DNA of 64,000 bases from Candidatus Latescibacterota bacterium. GTDB lineage: Bacteria > Latescibacterota > UBA2968 > UBA8231. Shown here piece after piece: positions 18,606 to 29,167 of this stretch (within the stretch, counting starts at the first letter, position 1; the number at the start of each line of letters is the position of its first letter). The stretch lies in the NCBI GenBank assembly GCA_965203175.1, contig OZ241867.1, positions 1,280,001 to 1,344,000 of the forward strand. Reading direction: 5' to 3'. The notes beneath the pieces are model-generated. The model was not told the origin of the DNA. It saw nothing but the letters and a program-made list of their open reading frames with translations, and did no database searches. The translations under genes were made by a program, and so were the position numbers.

Positions 18606-18821
18606 GTGGGCGATGAGTCGAATCGCGCCGAGACGCTCCAATTCTGGATCGACGCTCAACTGCCGCCCGCTCTGGCACAATGGCTACAGCGGGCACACGG
18701 CACCGAGGCGAGGCACGTCGAAGACCTTGGGCTCCACCGTGCGGAGGACACGAAGATCTTCACCGAGGCGCGGGCAACGTCCCGCCGATATTTCAATAGA
18801 CGATCGACACCATTCGGCTGA
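18606..18821 (+). pseudogene. DUF5615 PIN-like toxin, C-terminally truncated
   Basis: WIDAQLPPALA.WL..EA.HV.DLGL..A.D..IF..AR; only ~57 aa of similarity before running into the convergent gene. Confidence 0.75.
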
Positions 18822-21078
18822 CGCTCTGGCTGCGGGCGTCGCTTTCCACTTTGAGCCGTAGAAAGTAGTGGCCGGGCAGCACCAGGTCGCCCGATTGGTC
18901 TCGTCCGTCCCAGACCAGTTCTTGGGCGCCGGCCAGCGCTTGTCCCGAAATCTGGCGCACCCGGCGGCCGGCCAGGTCGAAAAGCTCCAGTTTCAGCGGT
19001 CTGTGCTCCAGCACGTTGATCAGGTTCAGGCTGATGAAGAGGCGGTCACCTATGCCGTCGCCATTGGGTGTGAGCACTCTGGGGTACACGGAGAGACGGG
19101 CAAAGAGGGCGCGATCCAGGGGCAACTCGACGATATTGGTACTGCTTTCGACCTGTGGGTTGGCGTCACCCGGTTCGACCCGCTGGCGCACGTCCGGGCC
19201 TAGCTGGCTGTCTTCGAGAAAGAGGTCAAAACGCGTGGCCTGCAGGAAAGCGGCGGCCTCAAAGCGCATCTCCACCAGTTCGCCGCTCTGCACCCGGCGG
19301 GGGAACTGCAAACGGAAGCCGGCGCTGTCCTCTTGCGCCTGGACCTCGATGGGCGCGCCATCGAGGCGGGTGTCGACAAAGCGCAGGGGCGTGGAGGCCT
19401 CTATGGCCAGCCGGTCAAAGCCTTCGCGAGTAGCAGGGGCGCGCAGCCAGTAGGAAAAGGTCACCGTGGTGCCCGGCTCGACTTGGAAGGGGTAGACCTC
19501 GGCGCTGACGCGTTCGGCGATGGGATCGGCGAAGTCTAGGCTCACCCAGTCTATGGAGGGTGCCTGCAGGGGAGAGTCGCTCACCAGACGCGCGTCGAGC
19601 TGGACGAAGCGCCTGAGCGAGGGCGAGAGGAAGGTCTGGCCGGAGGCCGCGTAGATATTGCTCCAGGGACTCCAGTCGCCGCCGGGCGCAGAGGTAGTAT
19701 CGATGGGGCCGCGGAAAGAGGGAATGAGCTTGTCCCACCTCCTTGCGGTGACTTCTTTGAGATTCTTGTCGTAGTAGGTGAAATTCTGCTCCAGTTCGTT
19801 GCCCGAGCGGCTGCGCAGTTCGAGCCGGGTGCCGACGGGCACATCGGCGCCCCAGCGGAGGGCGTTGACATTCTTCCGGCCTCCGAGATCGAGGATGGGG
19901 GAATCGAAGCGCACCTCGCGCGGAAAACCCTCGCTGAAGACCATGATCTCCGCAGTGTGGCCACTGGAGTAGCAATCGGGCGCGCTAGTGCCGGATGCGG
20001 TGGTACAACTGGCGTCCCAAGTCTTGAAGAGGATGCGCAGGAAACGCGTGGGGATGGGGGCGAAGTGGTGCGCGACCATGCCCTGGCGCCGGGTGGCACG
20101 CGGCAGGACGCCGGAAAAGTGCTTGGTCCAGTGCAGCGAGCCGTCCGCGGCCAGCGAGCCGTCCGAGGTCATCATCTCGTGGAAGTTCATACTGAAATGC
20201 CGCCCGCGATCGATATGGCCGATGTGGTGCACTTGGTCGACCCAGTAGACGGCGCCCAGGTCCAGGATGATCCAGGCCCAGACATCGTTGGAGGCGCGCG
20301 GGACTCGGCCGCTGCGCCACCAGGTGTTGATCCGGCCGTCGATCAGCAGCAGGGCATTGGTCAGCGTCGCTTCGACGAAATCTGTGCCGCCGGTGCCGAT
20401 GATGATCTCGACGGCTCCACCCCGCTCGCGCAAGTCCGAGACCAAGTTGTCGCCCAGGGCTTCCACTTCGATTTCGACCAGCCGCGCATCGGGCGCGGCC
20501 TTGAGCGCTTCGAGACGCGCGAACTGGATCGGCGTTGGGGGTATGGCAGGAATGGCGAAGTCGACTCGGTGGGCGCTGTTTGCGCCGAAGCGCTCGGCGA
20601 TGCGGTAGGTCAGGGTGCCGGGGACCGGGACATCGGCTACGTCGATGAACTGCTCCCCGGTGGACAGCAGTAGGTTGAAAATCTCAAAAGGGGGTGCAGC
20701 GTCGTCGAAGACCAGGGAGACACGGCTAGCCGGCACGCCGCGGCCCAGGTCCACCTCGACCCAGCCCGTCTTTTCGAGGTCGCCCGAGGCGGGCTGCCAG
20801 CCGGTCGTAGGGTCGCCGTCGAAGACTAGGGCTGCGGTGGCGCGGTTGGACCCGGCATCGCGGAGGCCGCCGCCATGGTCTAGGGCATCGAGTGCGGCAT
20901 TGATGTTTTTGCGAACCGCCAAAGGACGGACGACCCCCTGGGGCGTCAGTTCGACGATCCCCAAGGGCAGGGTCCACTGGCGCCACTGGGCGGCGTTGTC
21001 GAAGCGCAATTCCTCGGCATTGAGCGGAGCAGCCGCAACAAGCGCCAGCACGGCGCAGCGCAGATGTTTGGGTTTCAT
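18793..21078 (-). CDS. Secreted discoidin/Ig-like protein with TPNGDG + FlgD-Ig C-terminal domain (family member 2, subtype A)
   Basis: Signal peptide; FDGDPTTGW..EVDLGR; RSRSG..DWSPWS; VLTPNGDGIGD; WDGRDQSG..PGHY; ends VSIVY. Confidence 0.78.
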   Translation of the reverse strand: MKPKHLRCAVLALVAAAPLNAEELRFDNAAQWRQWTLPLGIVELTPQGVVRPLAVRKNINAALDALDHGGGLRDAGSNRATAALVFDGDPTTGWQPASGDLEKTGWVEVDLGRGVPASRVSLVFDDAAPPFEIFNLLLSTGEQFIDVADVPVPGTLTYRIAERFGANSAHRVDFAIPAIPPTPIQFARLEALKAAPDARLVEIEVEALGDNLVSDLRERGGAVEIIIGTGGTDFVEATLTNALLLIDGRINTWWRSGRVPRASNDVWAWIILDLGAVYWVDQVHHIGHIDRGRHFSMNFHEMMTSDGSLAADGSLHWTKHFSGVLPRATRRQGMVAHHFAPIPTRFLRILFKTWDASCTTASGTSAPDCYSSGHTAEIMVFSEGFPREVRFDSPILDLGGRKNVNALRWGADVPVGTRLELRSRSGNELEQNFTYYDKNLKEVTARRWDKLIPSFRGPIDTTSAPGGDWSPWSNIYAASGQTFLSPSLRRFVQLDARLVSDSPLQAPSIDWVSLDFADPIAERVSAEVYPFQVEPGTTVTFSYWLRAPATREGFDRLAIEASTPLRFVDTRLDGAPIEVQAQEDSAGFRLQFPRRVQSGELVEMRFEAAAFLQATRFDLFLEDSQLGPDVRQRVEPGDANPQVESSTNIVELPLDRALFARLSVYPRVLTPNGDGIGDRLFISLNLINVLEHRPLKLELFDLAGRRVRQISGQALAGAQELVWDGRDQSGDLVLPGHYFLRLKVESDARSQSVSRMVSIVY

Positions 21079-21171
21079 CAAGGCCGATCCTTTGCGTTAG
21101 GAAGCCATCCAGGAGAATAATAGACAGCCTGGTTATCTAACCGCCTTGTCGAAACACCCTCTGTTGCTCTC

Positions 21172-21200
21172 ATTATACGCCCTCTGCGCTCGGGGGACAA
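21172..21200 (-). promoter_or_regulatory. Sigma70-like promoter for the 21078 gene
   Basis: TTGTCC-N17-TATAAT on the minus strand, ~95 nt upstream of the start. Confidence 0.65.
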
Positions 21201-21292
21201 GAGGGAGCGCCAGAGATTCGCCTTATTCACTCATGTCGCCGTCCTATTGCTGACTTCCCATTCGCCCGCATCAACGACCGGCCGCCAAGAGC

Positions 21293-22930
21293 TCACAGTT
21301 TGCTCGAAGGCCATGCAAAAGGGCGCCGGCCGTCGTGCCCGTACGTGAAGAGCGCTGTCCGCCTCGGTGACTCAGCCTCCCAGCGGTACGCCCCGTGACA
21401 GACCGTCCCTCCCAAAAAGAAGAGAACAGACCCGCGACGCATTGGAATGTGGCGGATCGGCGCGCGCTCGTTGCAGGTCCGCACCGAATGCGGCAAGGGG
21501 TAGCACGATTTGTGACTGCCTGGCACTACGACAAATCCGCCATCGTCGGGCCCGACGTCGTTGAGCTGCCAGGCGACGTTGATGCCCGACCTCGTGTGCA
21601 CGCGCCCGTTTACTATCTCGTAGTGCTTGCCGATGCAGGTCGGGTTGGCGTTCCCCGAGTGTAGCATCTGCCCGCTCGAGCCTTTGACGTGGCACAGGGC
21701 CGTGTTCTGAGTTACCCTGTACCCTGGTCCAATCATCCAGTTCAGGCGCTGTATGACAGCCGGATGCGCCAGCATTTTGAGAAAAGGCGCATTGTACGGT
21801 GCCGGTAGCTGAAACAAGTCCTTCAGGTCCGGCCGGCCCGTGCCTGAGATCGTCGGTGCCCCAGGGATGTCGGCAAGCGTCACGTCCCCGTCGAGCTTGT
21901 TGTCGCCTACGCCCCGGTACACTAGGCGATCAAGGTTGGCGTCGATGCCCGCCACGGCCGCATCGACCCAATCATCGTCCATGACGCCCTCGACCAACAG
22001 GAAGCCCTGGGTGTCAAACGCCCAGCGCTCGGCATGATCATCCCGGCGTTCGAACTCGAGGGCAGAGGAGGCCCTCTGCGCCGCGTCGGCATCGGCGGCG
22101 GAGGTGAGCCAGGTGGTAGTGCCGTCCGATAGGAGCAGGCGACGCGAGTCGCCGCCCGCCAGCACGGTTTGCTCAGCCTCGCCCAGCCCTTCCGCCCATG
22201 CGGGCAGGGGCTGCTTGTCCTGCTGGTCAGGTGGTCCGTGTGGCCGAGCCGTGCGCGAGATGAAATTTACCACGAGTAGCTCGCCCTCATCGCCCTGCGG
22301 GCAGATCCCGTGCAGCGCGCTGGCGGCGCACAGTAGCACGTCGCCCGCCGCCAGCGCCGGGCGCTCGGCGAAGCGGCTGGAGGATGGAAGCGGTGGGGCT
22401 GGCAGCCCGCTCTTGTGCGAGGAGGGCACTACCACCAGCGGACACTTGCCTTCTGCGGAGTCCGTGAGGGCGATGACCACCACCAGCCCTTGGCACTGCC
22501 GGATGCGAACTTCTTCCCAGGTGCCGCCGGCCCGCGTAAGCTGAGTTCCGTCGGCGTTGCGGCCATTCCATCCCGCTATGTTGATGTACGCCCGGTCCAG
22601 CGTGTGCACCCCGCCTTCCAGTGGCAGCGAGGCTTCATCGTACTCTCCTGCGGCGGCGGCAGGGATGTGCCTCGCAGGGCCGTCTTGGCGAAAGCCATCG
22701 CCGCACAGTTCGTGCACGTAGCGTCCGACGGTGCCGGCCTCGCTGCAGAGATCGCCCAACCCATCGCCGCTGTCGCGGCACGCGGACAGTTCAGCCTGGC
22801 TGAGGAGCTGCGGCAGCACGACAAACCCGAGCGCGTCGAAGGTGAAATTCTGCTCTGTGGTAAGGATCGATGGCTCGTGTACGTGCGTCGCCTCGTTCCA
22901 GTGGTTCACGGTGTAGGTGTCGATGCCCAT
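21293..22930 (-). CDS. Tandem two-domain PhyH-like Fe(II)/2OG dioxygenase
   Basis: Two repeats of FD..GF+++ / ++VP.SHKS / G.V++F....HG; the C-terminal domain has LHSG at the position of HxD. Confidence 0.78.
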   Translation of the reverse strand: MGIDTYTVNHWNEATHVHEPSILTTEQNFTFDALGFVVLPQLLSQAELSACRDSGDGLGDLCSEAGTVGRYVHELCGDGFRQDGPARHIPAAAAGEYDEASLPLEGGVHTLDRAYINIAGWNGRNADGTQLTRAGGTWEEVRIRQCQGLVVVIALTDSAEGKCPLVVVPSSHKSGLPAPPLPSSSRFAERPALAAGDVLLCAASALHGICPQGDEGELLVVNFISRTARPHGPPDQQDKQPLPAWAEGLGEAEQTVLAGGDSRRLLLSDGTTTWLTSAADADAAQRASSALEFERRDDHAERWAFDTQGFLLVEGVMDDDWVDAAVAGIDANLDRLVYRGVGDNKLDGDVTLADIPGAPTISGTGRPDLKDLFQLPAPYNAPFLKMLAHPAVIQRLNWMIGPGYRVTQNTALCHVKGSSGQMLHSGNANPTCIGKHYEIVNGRVHTRSGINVAWQLNDVGPDDGGFVVVPGSHKSCYPLPHSVRTCNERAPIRHIPMRRGSVLFFLGGTVCHGAYRWEAESPRRTALFTYGHDGRRPFAWPSSKL

Positions 22931-23110
22931 AGTTAGACCTCGATGGATTCTGGAGGGTGGATGGTGTTTTCTGGCATCTCTCCGTCCGACTCAACCCATT
23001 CAACATCCGCGACTATGCTACCTACCGAAAACACCGCTACGGCGGCAAACTAAACAAAGTTCGCGTATCTTACAACTACGGCTCCTATTGAGCAAACTTC
23101 AGGAGAAAAA

Positions 23111-24631
23111 TTGAAAGAGATCCACTTCTGTAAAATCGCAATAGCGCTCATTCTGGGCTTTCCCCTACTGGGGGAGTCGACGACGAAGCTGAGCAAAGGG
23201 GAGATCATGTTCGAGCGGATCGGCAAAGGTATCAACGTGGATGTCTCCCATCTTGAAGGTGGTCCACCCGAAAAGGTGCTGTATGATCCTGCCCAGTACG
23301 ATGCCGTCAAGGCCGCGGGATTCCAAAGCATCCGCTTCTTCGTTGTCGCTGGGGAAGATCCTGCTATCTACAAAACCAGGATACAGGACGCGTTTGACCG
23401 AGACCTTGCTGTCGTGATCTGCTTGTGGGGGAGCGGTCAATGGGCATCGGAGCCGAAAGAGGGGATACAGGAGTTTGTCGCAATTTGGGATAGAATTGCC
23501 AAGTACTACAAGGACTACCCCGGCAGCCTTGTCTTTGAACTTTGGAACGAACCGGCAGGGCTGATAGTGAAACCGGGAGGGATTCAGGGGATAAAGGACG
23601 GCAAAACCGTTATGGAATACCTCAACGCGGCAATCCCCATCATCAGGAAGACCAACCCAGACCGCATTCTCGGAATCGGCGGACCTGGCTTTAACGGGGG
23701 CCGTGAACTCGAGGAATTCGTCACGCCGGAATATCTGACGTACAGGCTGGAAGACGGCTCGGGGTTTGCGGACGACGCCAATATCATCGGCATCTTCCAC
23801 ATGTATCAACCGCACAAGTTCACGCATGGAACCTCGGGGCTAGACGAAGTTCCTAAGTGGAAGGACGAAGTGAGAGAGCAGATGTCACACCCGGTGGCAT
23901 GGTCGAAGAAATGGAGGAAGCCTCTGCTGCTGAGCGAATGGGGCGCTTGGGTGCCGCCCTGCCATACAGTTGAAGACTTCAAGGCCTATATTGGGTTTGT
24001 AGCCGACGAATGCAAGAAACACAACATCGGCTGGATGTATTATTGTGCAGGTTTCAACAACCAATGGGCCTTCAACATTCTCAATACCGAGGACGGTTGG
24101 AACCAGGACGCACTTGATATTCTTACGGAAGTCACAGCCCCCCCGCCCCCGCCCATGTCGCCACTTATCAATTCGGAGTTCAGCAGCGGAACCGCTCACT
24201 GGACCAGCGAAGGGTCCGTGCAGATGTCCGTGGCGAGGAGCGCAGGCCTGAGCGGCTTGGCTGCACTCAAAGTGGAAAGCAAAAAATCGGACCGTGCCGA
24301 AATCTATCAGGAAACTCCCAAGAGAAAGTGGAGTCCTCCGGGCAGGTACCTGATCTCCCTGAGAAAGGGAAGGCTCTATAAGGTATCCTTCTTGGCCAAG
24401 TCCGTGGGTGGGATGGGAACTCTCAAGGTGCGATTGGCCGACGTCTCCGGTTCGAGTGATGGATTTTGGACATCCACGCCGGTGACAATCTCGAACGCAA
24501 AAAGGGAATATGCGATTGAGTACAAGCATACCGGCAGGGATGTAAGAGATGTCCGGGTGGCGTTCCTGTTTGGCGACAGAGACCAGATTATCCTGCTGGA
24601 TCGAATTGCACTGCACGGCTACCGGGAATAG
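23111..24631 (+). CDS. Secreted glycoside hydrolase family 5 with C-terminal CBM4/9-like module
   Basis: AGGAG + TTG start; signal peptide; AGFQSIRF, FELWNEP (acid/base), FHMYQP, LLSEWG (nucleophile); C-terminal beta-sandwich ending LLDRIAL. Confidence 0.85.
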   Translation: MKEIHFCKIAIALILGFPLLGESTTKLSKGEIMFERIGKGINVDVSHLEGGPPEKVLYDPAQYDAVKAAGFQSIRFFVVAGEDPAIYKTRIQDAFDRDLAVVICLWGSGQWASEPKEGIQEFVAIWDRIAKYYKDYPGSLVFELWNEPAGLIVKPGGIQGIKDGKTVMEYLNAAIPIIRKTNPDRILGIGGPGFNGGRELEEFVTPEYLTYRLEDGSGFADDANIIGIFHMYQPHKFTHGTSGLDEVPKWKDEVREQMSHPVAWSKKWRKPLLLSEWGAWVPPCHTVEDFKAYIGFVADECKKHNIGWMYYCAGFNNQWAFNILNTEDGWNQDALDILTEVTAPPPPPMSPLINSEFSSGTAHWTSEGSVQMSVARSAGLSGLAALKVESKKSDRAEIYQETPKRKWSPPGRYLISLRKGRLYKVSFLAKSVGGMGTLKVRLADVSGSSDGFWTSTPVTISNAKREYAIEYKHTGRDVRDVRVAFLFGDRDQIILLDRIALHGYRE

Positions 24632-24697
24632 GTAGCTACAGATCTGGCCAGCATCAGCCTAGAGGCAACGGCTAAGGGGGTCCCTATCAGATAACCC

Positions 24698-26371
24698 CTA
24701 CTGCACGGCAAACGCTACCTCGAACCTGTCTTCGTGGATTGACACCTCTGACTCGTAGCGGTTGTGCAGTTCCTCCATGTACTCGTTGAACGCGTTTCGG
24801 TATCTCTTGCGTCTGAGCTGAGATCTGATACTCATCTCAGCTTCGGCGAAGGTCTCGCGCTTGCGTTCCCGGGAGAGCACCTTGAAGATAGAGTAGCCCT
24901 CCTGCACCTTGACCGGTCCCGTGAGCTCGCCGATTGCGGCCTCAACCGCAGCTTCCACGAAACCGCCGAACTGGGGCGATTCGTAACGGTGCACGTGGAA
25001 TCGACCCTCGTCATCCCGCACCTCGAGCGATCGAACCGAATGTTTCTTCGCTAGGTCGCCAAAAGCGGTGCCGTCCTCGATCATCCCTTTCAACCACAGT
25101 GCTTCTATTTCTGTTCTTACGAGGATCTCCTGCACCTCGGTCTGTTCGGGATGCAGGAATCTCCCAGCGTTGGCCTCGTAGTACTGGCGCAGGTCGTCTT
25201 CCGCGATAGTCACTCTCTCCTTTAACACCTTGGACCTGAGGACCCTTACCAATAGCTGCTTTTCCTGCTCTTCGAGCCATCGGACCACCGCCTCTTCGCG
25301 ATCAATTCCCTGGCGCACAGCCGCCTCCTGAATCATCACATCAGGGACGATGTACTGCTCGGCGAAGGAAACCACCTGCTCGGCGTCGCGGAGTGTCTCC
25401 AGGACATTGCCCTTGCGGCTCTTGGCCGCGCCGATGAGGTCGGCAGCGGTAATCTCTCCGCTGTCGTACTGGTAGAGTGCGATCGCAGAGGGGTCGTGGC
25501 CGACGTCCGCCGCACCGGGGCGCAGTGCCTCGACGGCAGCAGCTATGCCGTCTCGGACTGGCTCGAGGCGGTATTTATCCCTCAATTCCGCCACCAACTC
25601 GGCCTTCGCGATTCCATGCTTCTTTCGTTGGAGTTCTTCAGCGATTTTTATCCGCTGTCGCGGATTGAACTGAACGGTCGTCTCATCGAGGATCTTGAAG
25701 ACGGCGTATCGGTCGCCGATTCGAATTGGATCCGACACCGAGCCTACCGCGAGCCCGAACAGCTTGTCGGCGAGGCCGGGAATCATCTCGTACCTAGTGG
25801 TGAACCGACCTGTGTCCCCGCCCCGGGCCGCGGTCTCTTTGTGCATCGACCGCTTCCTCGCGACGTCCGCAAAGCTCGTCCCTCCCTCGATCTCCCTCGC
25901 GGCCTTCTCTGCCGTTTCGCGGTCGGCGACTAGGATGTCGCCCAGTCTGATCGCGCGGTCGAGTCCCTCCCGGTCTATGTACTCTTCTACTTCACCGTCT
26001 TCTACCGTTGCGTCGATCGTCCTTCGCTCGTACTCACTGACGAGCTTCGCCTTCCTGATCTGGATCACCCTAGTCATGTAGGGGGAACTCCTCTCGAGGC
26101 CCTGGCTTCGGGCTTCCATCAGCAGCAGTTCCATGTCGATCATGGTCTGCAGATGGTCCCTCAACGGCTCCTTCCCGGCTTCTTCGTCCTTGGCGTGCTC
26201 GGGCAGTTTGGCGAGGAAATCCCGCACGTCCCGTACAGTGATCGTCCGGTCTCCAACCTCCGCGACCGTGGGATTTTCATCCTGCGGTCCGCAGCCTGTG
26301 CAAATTAAAAGGAGCGCTAGGCTGCCTGCTTTCGCCACTGGTGCTCCGTAGGAGAAAAAAAAAGCGCGCAT
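24698..26371 (-). CDS. SurA/PrsA-like lipoprotein peptidyl-prolyl isomerase with two parvulin domains
   Basis: Lipobox-like LLICTGC; VAEVGDRTIT; G.SF..+A++.S...A.RGGD.G; second domain EILV..G.AF..LAKKHS; GP+...GY.+FK. Confidence 0.85.
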   Translation of the reverse strand: MRAFFFSYGAPVAKAGSLALLLICTGCGPQDENPTVAEVGDRTITVRDVRDFLAKLPEHAKDEEAGKEPLRDHLQTMIDMELLLMEARSQGLERSSPYMTRVIQIRKAKLVSEYERRTIDATVEDGEVEEYIDREGLDRAIRLGDILVADRETAEKAAREIEGGTSFADVARKRSMHKETAARGGDTGRFTTRYEMIPGLADKLFGLAVGSVSDPIRIGDRYAVFKILDETTVQFNPRQRIKIAEELQRKKHGIAKAELVAELRDKYRLEPVRDGIAAAVEALRPGAADVGHDPSAIALYQYDSGEITAADLIGAAKSRKGNVLETLRDAEQVVSFAEQYIVPDVMIQEAAVRQGIDREEAVVRWLEEQEKQLLVRVLRSKVLKERVTIAEDDLRQYYEANAGRFLHPEQTEVQEILVRTEIEALWLKGMIEDGTAFGDLAKKHSVRSLEVRDDEGRFHVHRYESPQFGGFVEAAVEAAIGELTGPVKVQEGYSIFKVLSRERKRETFAEAEMSIRSQLRRKRYRNAFNEYMEELHNRYESEVSIHEDRFEVAFAVQ

Positions 26372-26403
26372 CGTGCACCTCCACTCAAGCTCGCGTCTAT
26401 GCT

Positions 26404-29112
26404 CTAATCTAGACCGGCGTACATCGTGGCAAAGGACACGCTGCCCGTCTCGGTCTCGTTATCTATCGATCTTCTGGTCAATCTCATACCCATGTTCGTC
26501 AACAGCCGGTAACCCAGGTAATTGGTGACGTTCGAGAACTGCACCGCTCCGACGATCTCGGTGAAATCGTCGAGCAGTCCCTCCTTGACCGCGGTCTCCG
26601 ATTTGCGCAGCTGGTTGAAGATCGTGTACTCCACACCGGCCTGCATGGTGGAAGAAGAAAACAGCGGCCATCGCGCCAGCAGGGAGAGTTGCAGCGTGTC
26701 TTCCCTGCGCTTGGGATCAGAGCTGAGCGCCGGAGCCTCCAGCCTGAGTTCGTTCTTTATTCTCGGCATGAGATCGACATAGGCGATCTTGCGCTCGAGG
26801 TCCACCTTGTTGATGAAACCGAAGAAGGTGTAGTCCTCGCGCAGATCGGGATGTCGTTCGTTCTGGTGCCAGCGATCGTATTTGAACTTACTCACGAAAT
26901 TCACATCCTCGATCTTGGTGTACTTGAAGCTCATGAACGTGGAGTTTATCCACGTGTCCTGAGCCGCCAGGGGATCGACAGTTGGAACGTTCCGCCGCTC
27001 GAACTCGTTCCACTGGCGAAGATCGTTCTCGATGTTGTCCTTGGCGATTCTGAGATTCTCGTAGATCGTCAGCCTGCCAAGACCCGGATAGTCTCGTTCT
27101 AGGGTGAAGAGCACGTAGTTAGTTGTGTTCTCCCCGTCGCCTGCAATCAGTCTCTCATCCGTTCGTCCGACGGTCAGCCTGATGCCCGGAAGCAGGCCGA
27201 CGCCGCCGTAGATGTTGTATCCTGCGTGGTCTCTCGGGTAGGGAAAATCCGGCTCATCGTCGTTTTCGAACCGATCTACCCAGATGTTGTTGTTCATGTC
27301 TAATCCGAACAAGTACTCCGGCCTGTCTGTTCCGTATCTCAAGAACGGCTCGTCGTAGTCCGGGACGAGATTGGGAAGGTCTTCGCTGTCGTTCTGGTTG
27401 AAATCGGATATGAAGTCGAGGTTTTCGTCGTACCCGGGAAACACCTCGATGTCTATGTCTTGGAATATCCTCTGCCAGTCGGGGTATCTATCCTGATCGT
27501 CGTTGTCGTCGACGAGCTCGTAGAAGAATCTCCCCTCGTCCGAGTAGTCTATGTTGGTCTCGCCCCTGGCCAGTATGGCGCTGGTGTTGTAGTTGTGGGC
27601 CATGCTGTAGGCTTCGCTGAAGAAGAAGAACGGATAGGCGACCTTCGACAGATTCAACATCCAGCCATCGCCTTGGTCAGAGGCCCCTAGGTGCTTGGTG
27701 TGCGCCCTGTTGGGGTACTTCCTGTAACTCACGCTGCGGTCCCATTCTCCGTACAAGTCGAATCCCCAGAGGCGGGTCGCCTCCAGCGTAAATCCGAATA
27801 TCTCGGTGGCCGTCGGCAGACCATACGGGATCTTCAGGACTGTCAGGTTGGAGCCATCCTTGACGTTATCATCGGCTCTGGCAGCCAGCAGGTAGACGTT
27901 GGCCAACTGCCTGTCGAACTGGCGGTCCGAGGTCATCTCGATTCTGTAGTCGTTGGCGACTGCCAACTCGAATGTCACCATTCTTATCTCTGACGGATCT
28001 GGGCCTGTGTACGTCGCCACCGAGAAGTCGTAGACCAGTTCGATCTGCTCGGAGCCGTTCGCCTCCCAGAACCCCAGCCTCTGAAAGCCGCCTTGGGGCT
28101 CGGGAATCAGCCCGACTTCGCTGGCCCGGACGGTCTTCCTTGCGAAACTCACATCCCCCGCTTCATCGATCGTTTCGACGTCGGCCTCTATGATCATGTC
28201 CCACGCGAACAGCGTGGCACCGCCTTCGTTGTCCTCTGGCGAGTCGTCCGAGAGTCGCACGAAGACTTGGGTGACGTTCTCCGCGTTCTGACTGGAGGTG
28301 ATCGAACCGCTTCGCGGGCTGCCCTCGAAGGCGTCGAGGAGCTGAGAGGAGTTGTGGGCGCTCACGTGGTTGGCGCCGAGTTTGAGATAATCTCCAATCT
28401 GGGTCGTCGCGCGTCGGCCGGTCAGGGTCGTCGAGCTCGTCTGCTGGTTACTGGGGCTTCGCGAGCCGGCGGCACCCGGCGAGCTGATCCGCGAGAGGAG
28501 CGCCGTTACTTCGTACTTGTCGGATTGATAGTCCACCTGAATGCCGTCGAACGCCGGCTTGGAGAAGGTCATCGGGGTCAGGGTTGACCGAATCTCGTCG
28601 CCTATGGTGATGGCCAGATTGTGCTGTCCCTTCTGATCGGAGGCTACGACCAGCCTACTGAAGAAACTCTGGAACCGTTCGGTCTTAAATAGGTTGCTTC
28701 CCCCCTGCTGGGGCTGGGTCTGGCTCCAGTCGTAGATCAGCCATCCTCTGGTGATGTACGAACCGTAGATGTCGTAGAAGTAGTCCCCCTCGAGATTGGT
28801 CGATACATAGCGCTTGTAGTGATCTCTCGCGTAGTTGCTGTACTCCCACTGCTTCCACTGATATTCGCGAAACAGCTCCTGTGGGACGTACCACTTCTTG
28901 ACCGCGGGGTCTAGAGCGCCGAACAGGACGCCGGGGCCCGTCGGTTCGAACGTGAGTTCGCCGCCGCGGCGAAACCCCTTTATCCGGTCTCGATCGGGAC
29001 CCTGGGCTTCCGAGCGAGTACTGTGCAGCAGAATTGCCGAGACGATGGTACACCATATGGCCAGCGCACCAACCAGGCGCATCGCGGCTCTGAACGTATG
29101 ACCGGTCACCAT
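26404..29112 (-). CDS. Large exported protein, predicted outer-membrane beta-barrel with Ca-binding-like DxNxD loops
   Basis: Signal peptide; aromatic-rich N-terminus (KWYVPQELFREYQWKQWEYSNYAR); VDDNDDQD, DENLDFISD, DMNNNIWVD; alternating beta-strand pattern in the C-terminal third. The barrel fold is inferred. Confidence 0.55.
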   Translation of the reverse strand: MVTGHTFRAAMRLVGALAIWCTIVSAILLHSTRSEAQGPDRDRIKGFRRGGELTFEPTGPGVLFGALDPAVKKWYVPQELFREYQWKQWEYSNYARDHYKRYVSTNLEGDYFYDIYGSYITRGWLIYDWSQTQPQQGGSNLFKTERFQSFFSRLVVASDQKGQHNLAITIGDEIRSTLTPMTFSKPAFDGIQVDYQSDKYEVTALLSRISSPGAAGSRSPSNQQTSSTTLTGRRATTQIGDYLKLGANHVSAHNSSQLLDAFEGSPRSGSITSSQNAENVTQVFVRLSDDSPEDNEGGATLFAWDMIIEADVETIDEAGDVSFARKTVRASEVGLIPEPQGGFQRLGFWEANGSEQIELVYDFSVATYTGPDPSEIRMVTFELAVANDYRIEMTSDRQFDRQLANVYLLAARADDNVKDGSNLTVLKIPYGLPTATEIFGFTLEATRLWGFDLYGEWDRSVSYRKYPNRAHTKHLGASDQGDGWMLNLSKVAYPFFFFSEAYSMAHNYNTSAILARGETNIDYSDEGRFFYELVDDNDDQDRYPDWQRIFQDIDIEVFPGYDENLDFISDFNQNDSEDLPNLVPDYDEPFLRYGTDRPEYLFGLDMNNNIWVDRFENDDEPDFPYPRDHAGYNIYGGVGLLPGIRLTVGRTDERLIAGDGENTTNYVLFTLERDYPGLGRLTIYENLRIAKDNIENDLRQWNEFERRNVPTVDPLAAQDTWINSTFMSFKYTKIEDVNFVSKFKYDRWHQNERHPDLREDYTFFGFINKVDLERKIAYVDLMPRIKNELRLEAPALSSDPKRREDTLQLSLLARWPLFSSSTMQAGVEYTIFNQLRKSETAVKEGLLDDFTEIVGAVQFSNVTNYLGYRLLTNMGMRLTRRSIDNETETGSVSFATMYAGLD

Positions 29113-29167
29113 GTGACTCCCCCTATCCTTGCGGCTCCAATGCTGAGGCCGGACTGCGCGCGAAAAA

